Assembly: GCF_009914755.1 (NCBI RefSeq)
Contig: NC_060935.1
DNA: 64,000 nucleotides
From: the human T2T-CHM13v2.0 reference genome, Homo sapiens
Strand: one strand, 5' to 3'
In this document: positions 54,486 to 64,000 of the stretch, piece by piece
Layout of the letters: every line of letters starts with the position of its first letter
Position numbering within the stretch: position 1 is the first letter of the stretch
Notes under the pieces: generated by a model
Told to the model about the DNA's origin: nothing
The model's input: the letters and a program-made list of their open reading frames with translations, nothing else
Database searches by the model: none
Position numbers and translations under genes: made by a program

Positions 54486-55764
54486 TGGGAAACCCCAGTG
54501 CCTGCTCCAAACCCATTGAAATGCTGAGGGGAATATATTTTTTAAGATGTTTTTAATATATGGTTAAGCATAAAAAAGCAAGAAAGGATGCCAAAAATAA
54601 AAAAAAAGAATGGACAAGCAAGGCACAAGAACCAGACATATGCCTGAAAATGACATGGTTTCAAGTCCATTGAGAAGGAAATTAAGACTTTAGGCTCTAT
54701 TCCCAGTCATCCACCAGAAACGAGAACCGCAAACTCATGCCACTTGTGAGTGTGTGGTCCACATTTTTACTAGCCTCAAGGTGAGACAACCCTAAAATGA
54801 GATAGCAACATAAAAATGGATCTAAAGCTGGTTCTATGTAAAAAACTTCAGCAGAGGAAAAATTCAAAAACACCCCATGGGATTTTCCCACCCCTAGTGC
54901 ACCTGAGACTCCCATGATAAAAACACCAGATGAAGATGATCTCACACATGCAATGAGGAGGATGGAAGGGATAACTTCCAAATGCCACAATCTACAGAAC
55001 TTAGACCATTCTGAAAGAGACCAAAATATAATATGTTTAAAATATTCAAGGACATAAAGGAAGAATTAAGATCCAAAAAGCAAATAAACTGGGGAAAATC
55101 ACAAATAGAAATTCTAGAAATTAAAAGTACAGACACTGAAATTTTCAAAATGTATTAAACTGGAAAACTGGTATGCAGACATTACTTGGGATGCAGCTCA
55201 GCCAGATAAGTGAATGAAAAATATGAAAGTGTCTGGTATGTTTAATAAATCTTGTAAGATATTTAAAAATCCTTTTCATCCATTAAATATTTATTGAATA
55301 CCTACAATGTGCCAGGCAGTGTGCTAGACATTGGGAACACAATAATGACCAAGAAAGAGGAACATTTACTCAAAAATTTTATGTTGTCTTCTCCGAAATG
55401 CAATTCACACTTTTCCAAGCCATGACATCTACAAAATTCGGTGAGTAAATGCAATGATAAAAAGTAAGAAATATCTGATAGTCTTGGGCGATGTTGACAT
55501 GATGAGAAAAAAAATTTGTCCCCCTGTGCTTTTGCTGGTTAACTATATCTGGAGTAATGTGATCCTTTCTGGAAACCACAATTTAACATTGGATGTTGAC
55601 AGATTAGAGTCCAGACTCAAAAAGCAAGAATATAGAATAGCCTGGATCATACGTCATTTAAGAAAGAGTTGATGTGTGCTCTACCCAGGAAAGAAGAAAA
55701 TAAATGGGTACAAAACCCTCTAATACTTTTCAACCTAAAATATTATGATTCAGCCCAAGGCTTC

Positions 55765-56178
55765 TGTGTCAGATATTAACTGTTTAGCTCTTTCTTCCCC
55801 ACCACACAGTTAGACTATCTTTCCCAGCTTTCCCACTAGTCAGATGAGGTCATATGACTGAGTTCTAGCCAATGGAATGGGACAAGAAGTGCTGTCTGCC
55901 GCTTCTAAACCTGGATGGACCTTATGAGCTTCACACATGCATTTATATCTTTTTCACCATCTGCCAACTTGGTGAAGAACACAATGACATTGAAAAACAG
56001 TGCTGAAGTGGGTAAAGCTACAAGCTGGAAGAAGCTTTGATTCCTGAGTCACTCCATGGAGGAAAGCTTCCATCAGCCAGGTACAGTTACTATGGACATG
56101 ATTGAGGAATACACTTTTATCCTATGTTAGCAATTACACATTTTTTTAATAATAGCTAACATTACCTTAATGAATACA
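55765..56178 (+). mobile_element. MLT1H/I/J-like LTR
   Basis: catatgactgagttctagccaatggaatg ... accttaatgaataca. Confidence 0.75.
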
Positions 56179-56184
56179 GTTTCT

Positions 56185-56485
56185 ATTTCTTTTTCTTTTT
56201 CTTTTTTTCAGAGACAGGGTCATGCTCTGACATCCAGAGTAGAGTGCAGTGATACAATCACAGCTCACTGAAGCCTCGATCTTCTGGGATCAAGTAATCC
56301 CACCTCAACCACCAGAGTAGCTGGGACTAAAGGTGCATGCAGTCATGCCCGGCTAATTTTTTTTATTTTTAGTACAGATGGGGTCTCACAATATTGTCCA
56401 GGCTTGAATTCCTGGACTTAACCAATCCTCCTGCCTCAGCCTCCCAAAGTGCAGGGATTACAGGCATGAGCCACTGTGCTTGGCC
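56185..56485 (-). mobile_element. AluJ
   Basis: atcacagctcactgaagcctcga J-type; TSD aata(c/t)agttt. Confidence 0.9.
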
Positions 56486-57223
56486 TAATATAGTTTATTT
56501 AAACAGGATTTCTCATCCAATTTTCACACCCAGTTCCTGCCTAATTCATTCTAATAGGATTCTATTTACCTCAATTCTATTGCTCCTAGGGAGGCACTCC
56601 TGCAGGAGAAAAGCTATGTCCCAACTTGAAATTCTATTTGTGATAGAGGTTGGTATATCATCTTGTCACTAGTCCAGCTTCTGCCAAAAGAAAGGCATTT
56701 CTTACCCATTCGCCTTCTCCAGAAATTAATCCAGGTGTTTGCTCCTCAACCAAGCTGAGTTACTTAAGGTCTCTTTCATGCTCATGTTTATATCCTCAAA
56801 ATTGTCATAGTGCTAGGTATATAGCAGTTGATTGTTGATTGAATCAATAAAAAAAGAGTTACAAATGTGAAGCTCTTTGAATCTTAATGAGAAAACCAAA
56901 CAGCAGTATTTGGCAAAAACAGAAAAAAATCCACAGTGAGCTCTGTATACAAACACATAAAACACATTTCTATACAGGTTACATATGTCTATGCACATGT
57001 TTGTATACAAAGGAAACAGGTTGATTTCAAATCAGCTATTTCGGCATATAAAACTAAGAGCTTCCTTTTCCATTCTCTTTACAAGATCAAAGCAACCTGA
57101 ATGTGTAGCTATTTTTAAAATATACACAGGGTTCCCCTGAGCTAAATGGTCTCTCACTAGTAAATGAGTAATGGTAATGAGATTACTCTGGGAATAGCAC
57201 ATGCCAGAAAATCATAGTACTCA

Positions 57224-57255
<32 letters not shown>

Positions 57256-58096
57256 ACAAGCAACCAAGCCTTTCAGGAAATCTTAATCTTCTGCTACTGA
57301 ACAAACACATCTGGCCAGCTCAAGGTCAAATATCTAATAGATCCCTGACTTTTATGAAGAGAAATAAAAAATGCAGGCAATGCTCAAGGATAATGCATTC
57401 TTACCTTTCTCTGAGATCTGTGCCCCGTAATCAGAAATAAGAGAATGAGAAGAAAATATGGCCCTTTTTGTTATTTTCAGAGACAAACAGAAAAAAGACA
57501 GTGCTTGCTAAATAGAAAGCATCTCATTATTATGCACCTCAACCAATGCTCCAGAAACCTAAACCTACCCACTTTGGCTAACCTGCCTGTCTCCTGCACA
57601 GATCACATTGCATAGTAGCTATGCACTTCGACATATGCCATCTTCTCCTCATGTAAGATTCGTGAGGACAGGAATCATTGTTGACCACACATTTGGTTCA
57701 AGGGACCTGGCACAATCTGAGGCTTTAGTAGGTGTTTATTAAATGCTTGTCAAATAATCTTGGAATTTTCCTAAAAGTATAAGGCTAATGGTGATGAAAT
57801 CTCTCCCGATTATAAGTAGAGTTGGAAGAAAATAACACAAAAATAAACCATAGTCACCCACTCTCTTTCCTGACTAGAATGTAAGTTCCATGAAAATGGG
57901 AATGTTGTCTGTCTTATTCAGGGCCATGTCCCCAGCGTGCACTCAGTAAGTGCTTGTTGGGTAAGTGAATGACCTTGCTCATGTAATTCTTTCAGAAAAT
58001 TTTATTCAATAACATAAGCCTTATCATGATGAATGCTTGACGTTATCACTTCCCCAATTTCCTTTGTATGCTCATAACTTGACAGCTGGCTTCCCA

Positions 58097-58743
58097 CATG
58101 TGTTTGCTTTCTACTGATGCTATAACAGATTCCCCAAAATTTGGCAGCTTAAAAGAACACTCCCTTATGATCTCACAGCTCCATAGGTCAGAAGTCCAGG
58201 TAAGCTCAGAGGCTCTGCTCTGAATCTCACAAGGCTGAAATCAATGTCAGCCAGGCTGGGCTCTGATCTGGAGGCTCCGGGGGAGAATCCACTTCCAGCC
58301 TCATTCAGGTGGTTGGTAGATTTCAGTTCCACATGGCTGTAAGACTGAGGTCCTCATGTCCGTGCTGGCTGTTGACCAGGGTCCAGCTTCTGAAGTCACC
58401 CACATTCCCTGGCTGGTAACCCCCTTCATCTGCAAAGCCAATGAGCCAATGAGGCTTTCTCACACTTCTGATCTCTTTGACCTCTCTTTCTGCCTCTTGT
58501 CTCCTGCTCCTGCCTTCTTCTTCTGACTTATTCTCCTGCCTTGCTCTTCTGCTTCTAAGGATATATGTGATTACATTGGGCCTATCTGGATGATCCAAGA
58601 TAATCCCTCCATTTCAAGGTCAGCTGATGAACAACCTTAGTTCCATCTGTAAAATCCCTTCATAGCAGTACTGAGATTAGTGTTCGACTGAATAACCAGG
58701 AGTAAGAATTTGGGGGGATGTCTTTAGAACTCTACCTACCACA
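58097..58743 (-). mobile_element. MLT1E-like LTR
   Basis: gctataacagattccccaaaatttggcagcttaaaa ... tttagaactctacctaccaca. Confidence 0.8.
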
Positions 58744-59859
58744 CTAAGAGTGAGCAAACCAAAGATAGTGCCCAAAATGATAGCTGGTCTTTATGAAGCC
58801 CCATCTTAGAAGTGACATCCATTGTTTTCGCTGTATTCTAATTGTTAGAAGCAAGTCAATAAGCCCAGTCCACACTCAAGGAGAGGGGAATACACAAGGC
58901 CTTGAATACTAGTCATCAGAGATCACTGGGGACCATATTAGAAGCCACCTACTACAGAAAGGAAATATCATTACATCTTACCATCTGGTTTGGCTATTAA
59001 AAGCATTTATGTGATCATAATAATACAAATGAAACATTAAGCTCAGCAAAATTATCATAACATTATACCAAGAGGGAACGGTGATAGCATAGAATAGAAA
59101 GGTGTTTGATAAAAGAAGCAAGAAGGAAGAAAGCTAAGTCCTCCTAGTCAATTGAGGGAAATCAATACAAAATACCTAAAAATAGCAAATCAAGAAGTAG
59201 TATTAAGTATGTTATTTAGAGACAGGAAGGTGAAATGTCAATCATGTAAAAAAGATGAAAGTGCCTCTGGAATGGGGAAATGTCAGCAGGGGGGTGTTGC
59301 TCATAACAGTGGCTGTTTTTTAAAATAAACCTTACAGAGTTCTTTGACTCTTTAAACCATGTATGCACACGACTTCTATTAAAATAATTGGAAAAAAACA
59401 AGAAAGGAGGGAGCAAAGGCTTTCCACAGAAAATTGTGAAATTATTTGCATGCAGTGAAAACAATGTAAAATATCTCTAGCTGAGATGGGAAACATTGGC
59501 CCAAGAAACACAAAATAGGATGCAGATAATGAAGACAGATGCAGTGAGACAATGCAGTGAAACAGCAGCTGTCTGTCCAGCTGCACATTTAAGCCAGCTG
59601 ACCCACCCCACCCTGACAAGTGAGTGGCCAGCAAGGCCAGCCCAGAATCCACCACTCTTTGCTGCCCCCCTTGTTTTTGAGTCTGGCTCAGCTCCTTCCT
59701 GAGGCTGGGTTTTATTTCTACATATCAGCCTAGCTTCTAGCCTTCCAAATACTTTTGATGTTAATTTCACAGTTTTCAGTTATTTGAGATATACTTGAAT
59801 CTGTTCCTAAGCCAAACTCATTTCCACCGTAGGACCTCCACCCTGGCTCTTCTGCAGGA

Positions 59860-60160
59860 ATGCACTGTGGCTGGATCATCCTCTAGCAGCCTCGCCCTTG
59901 TTATTCATCTCATTCAAATGTTTCCTTCCAGAGGAGGCTCTCTCTGACCATCCAAATTAAATGTGCCCTCTTCCACAGCCCCACCACAATTTATCACATC
60001 ACTCATCTTGTCTTATCCCTAGCATTTGTCAAAATGCAAAATTATCTTGTTCATTTACTTTTGCCCTCTTTATTTTATTAACCATGGTATCCCTGAAGCC
60101 TGTATTATAAGTGTGTGGCACATATCAGCTACCCAACAAATAACTGTTGAATAGAAAAAT
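59860..60160 (+). mobile_element. L2 3' fragment
   Basis: tctcattcaaatgtttccttccagaggaggctctctctgacc ... tggcacatat...aaataactgttgaat. Confidence 0.65.
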
Positions 60161-60172
60161 GGGATTAGGTAG

Positions 60173-60575
60173 TGTATTAGTTCATTTTTACTGCAATAAT
60201 GCTGCATAACAAATCAACCTAAAACTTGAGATCTTAAAACAGCAGGCATTTCTTTCCTTGCCCATGGATCTACAGGTCAACTTGAGTTTGGGTGATCTTG
60301 GAAGAGCTTGGCTGGCTTAGGTTGGGTTTAGCTCCAGGCTGTGGGTTGTGTTCAGTTCCACCACCACGTGTTTCCTTGTGCTTCTCAAAGAAGAGGCTAC
60401 CTGGGGTATGTTCTTCTCACAGGAGACCACTGGAAAACAAAGAGGCAAACAGAAGCATGTCATGCTTCTTGGAGCCTTGGCTGGGTCTGGCTATTACTTC
60501 CTTGCACTTTCCATTGGTCAAAGCGATCACATAACAAAGCCAAACATCAATGAGGTAGGAAAATATACTCTGACT
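60173..60575 (-). mobile_element. Old MLT1 LTR
   Basis: tgtattagtt...gcaataatgctgcataacaaatcaacctaaaactt ... ccattggtcaaagcgatcacat. Confidence 0.75.
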
Positions 60576-62712
60576 ACTATCATTTATGATTATGACACTA
60601 AATTTAAAACATATATAATATAGAGATAAAAATGTCCGTATCATTGCAGCTAATTAAACATTAAGTATGTAACAGAATATTAAAGCTGTAAGAATTTGAT
60701 CTTATTCAAGCGCTTCATCTTTCAGATGACAAAACAGACCCAGAAAAATGGGAGTGAGAGAATACTACAGAGTTTATGGTAAAGGGGTGGACACGTAACC
60801 CTATTAAAGAGGAGTGAAGAATTAGGATGAATAATTTAACCTGATCTGATTGAATGAATAAATGAATTGGACTGAGGGAAATGAGCCAGCAGAGGAGAAA
60901 TTAAAAGCACAAGAGAAAAAGCAAAGTCCTGAGAAAGGTAAGAGGGATGAGATGAAATGCACTGGTGGAATGTAGACCTTGGAAAGGAAATATCTTATCC
61001 AAATGCAGGAAAGAATGAGTAGGTGTGTGGACACACTAAGGAAGGAAAAATAGGAGTTGGAAGAGTTCAGGTCTGTGAGATAGAGTAACCACTTGAGGAA
61101 CATACTCCGCAATAAAATGTCCAACAACTCACACTCAGGTATAACATGATTGGTCATGAGTTCCCAGATGCTAGAACTCATCGCCAACCAGCTGTCCTCA
61201 CTAGCATTGCAGGAGGGTTTTACTGTCTATATTTACAGAGCACCAAAATGTACTCAACACAAAGTCAGTGAGCGTTAGGATCATTCCAAGAGTGTGACCT
61301 CAGTTTTCTCAGTGAAGTAGATGTGAGAGTCATTTGTTTAAAGTGAAGGTGGCAAGGGTTGTGTAGGTGGCTTGTGTCCACCACGATAAAGGTTTAGAAT
61401 AGGGAACTGGGAAAGAAGTGACCAAAAGCACTTGAGGACCTGACCACCAACACCAACAGAGGGCTATTTGCACTAACATTAGACCATGAATGGGAGTGAG
61501 CAGTATCCATCTATGTGGTTGAGTGATTTCCTCCACTCAACCGTTTATAGAGTGTTTATTGTGGGCCATGAAAACCAGGTACAGTTCCTATTTCCAAGCA
61601 GATTATGGTCTAATCAATCCATGCCCAGAATGAGTTAATGACTAGAGAAAGGACTCATAATTTAGAATTAAAACTGAAAACTGAAACAGAGATTCATGCA
61701 AATGTAACCTTTCCATCTCATCTGTGTGTATCAAATGTCACTGTCATTTAATTTTCTAATAAACTGCAGACATATACGTGTTTAAATGCAAAGTTTAATG
61801 AAGTCGATAAAATACGAGCATAAAACAGTAGAATGTAAACTCCTTTCCTGTCCTTTACTGCCTAATTGAGAGATAAATGTCATTTACCTCAAGATAATAT
61901 TTTCACAAAAGCACTTAGAAGAGTTTCAGCTCAGTATTCCAAAAGGATCACTGTTGGCCACTATTGTTTATGATTATAATAGTAAAATTTAAAATATACA
62001 TATATATAGACAGAAACCTCCATATCATTGCTGCTGATTAAAGATTAAGTGTGCGTGTCATAGAATAAGAAAACTGAGAAGAACTTAGCCCTGGTCCAAC
62101 TGCCTCATCTACACTTAAGAAAAAATACCTGAATAATTGAGGAAAGTTATTTTGCAAAGGGCATGCAACAAATTAGTGGCAGAACAGAAGTAAATCTCAG
62201 ATCTCCTGATTCCCACCCCAGGGTCATTCTCCTGCAACAGGCTGTTTCCTTACCTATTCGTGGCTATCTCATTATACAGGGGTCCCAGGTTGTCAAGACA
62301 AGCAGCTCTGAATAGACTGTTATGAATACATTTACGTCTCACCCCCAACTATGTTTTTAATCAACTAGAACTTAGTTCTAGATTAGTATAAATATACATT
62401 CTTTGGTCCATTCTTTTGAAATAATATTGAACTTTACTAAGTTACTTACCGTTTTATCTCACATATTTTATCATTTTCTTCTGTATTTATTTCTCCTTGA
62501 ATCAGAGAACTTCCCACAAGCATGTTTTCAAAGAGGATCTTCATGTAGTAAGCCTGAGGTCATGTATACCTGAGAATATCTTTATTACATCCTAATACTT
62601 ATAATAGTTTACATGAATATATCAGAAATATAATTTTTTTTAGCTGGACAACTCCATTATCTTGCATCCAGTGTTGTCATTGAGAAGTCTAATGTCAGCA
62701 TGATTCTTATTC

Positions 62713-62931
62713 TTTTTTTATTATTATACTTTAAGTTCTAGGGTACATGTGCACAACATTTGTTTGTTACATATGTATGCCTGTGCCATGTTGGTGTGCT
62801 ACACCCATTAACTTGTCATTTACATTAGGTATATCTCCTAATGCTATCCACCATGGAATACTATGCAGCCTTAAAAAAGGATGAGTTCATGTCCTTTGTA
62901 GGGACATGGATGAAGCTGGAAACCATCATTC
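62713..62931 (-). mobile_element. L1PA mini-insertion with 5' inversion (twin priming)
   Basis: Antisense 3' end 62713-62849, then sense piece caccatggaatactatgcagcc...aaaccatcattc; TSD tgattcttattctttttt (62701-62718, 62932-62949). Confidence 0.92.
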
Positions 62932-63504
62932 TGATTCTTATTCTTTTTTAAGTGATATGATACTTCCCGGTGGAAACTAGAATTTTCTGTTTGCTTTTTA
63001 TGTACTTAATGTCTATAATGTTTCAGGTGTTCTAACCTGTTCGGCACCCAATGATTTCTCTCAACCTGAAATTCAAGCAAATTTTTGTTTATGCTTTTTC
63101 CAAATATTTCTTTTCTTCCAGTTATTTATTTTTTTTCCTTTCTACGGGCACCTTTGATTTGCATGGTGTCACTTCCATTCTATCCTCCATATCACTTGTT
63201 TTCTCTTTTATATTTCTAATATTTTTATTACATCTTGATGCTTTTTGAAGGAGTTTCTTAACCTGATCTTATAGCAAACTAATTGTTCAGCCATATTGTA
63301 ATACATTCATTTATGGAGTTCTTATTTCAACAGCCATATTTTCCTTGCCCAATTTTGCCACTTGATTCTGCTTTTTTAATTCAATCAACAATATTCTTCT
63401 ATATCTTTTTGAAAATATAAATTAGTAGTGAATGCTTGACTTATTAAGGCCATGAATTTCATTGCATGTGGTATAGCTTATTCACTTGGCAGTCTTTCTT
63501 AAAA

Positions 63505-63890
63505 TTATTATTATTATGGTAACAACACTTAACATGAGATGTACTATCTTAACCAATCTTTAAGTGTATAAATACAATACTGTTGACCCTAGGTACAATG
63601 CTGATCAGCAGATCTCCAGAACTTACTCATCTTACATAATTGAAACTGAAACTATATACCTGTTGATTAGTAACTTCCCATTTCCCACTCCCACCACAAC
63701 CTGGCAATCACCATTCCACTCTCTGATTCTACATGTTTGGCTGTTTTAGATACTTCATATAAGTGGAATCATGCAGTATTTGTTCTTCTATGACTGGCTT
63801 ATTTTATTTAGCATAACATCTTCAAGGTTCATCCATGTGGCGTATTTCAGGATTTGGGTTTTTTTTTTAAGGCTGAATAATATTAGCTTT
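63505..63890 (-). mobile_element. L1MA/MB 3' end
   Basis: acacttaacatgagatgtactatcttaac ... cagcagatctccagaactta ... aagtggaatcatgcagtatttg. Confidence 0.85.
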
Positions 63891-64000
63891 TTTTTTTTAA
63901 GGCTGGACAATAATTTTAAAAGATGTATGTCTATCCATACCTTTTTTGTAGTGTTTCCTGTGGGCTCATATTTCCCTGGTTGGTAATATGAAATGGGAGA

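Overview
Primate (human-like) non-coding DNA: AT-rich, CpG-poor and mostly transposable-element relics (L1, L2, L3/CR1, MIR, Alu, MaLR/ERVL/ERV1 LTRs, Tigger). I find no intact protein-coding gene. The ORF-track entries I can recognise are L1 ORF2, Alu, HERV-H pol or pseudogene fragments; the rest look like chance ORFs. Main content: (1) a fossil complex rearrangement at about 2.6-6.4 kb, where a ~1 kb inversion splits an MST LTR (its AGACC target-site duplication is restored on un-inverting) and an inverted ~290 bp copy of a nearby L1 sits at the left breakpoint; (2) a HERV-H provirus whose 5' LTR and 5' gag are replaced by an L1PA 3' end fused to half an Alu, a likely L1 insertion-mediated deletion that leaves a lone 3' LTR7; (3) an old, heavily decayed processed pseudogene of cTAGE5/MIA2 (~41.25-44.3 kb), apparently from the exon-skipped isoform; (4) a polyadenylated 3'UTR-only retrocopy, probably CNIH1; (5) a 3'-truncated 5S rRNA pseudogene; (6) a twin-primed mini-L1. 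I see no support for a new functional biological system; the most unusual signals are these rearrangement and retrocopy fossils. Family and parent-gene assignments come from remembered consensus sequences, not searches, and boundaries of old repeats are approximate.
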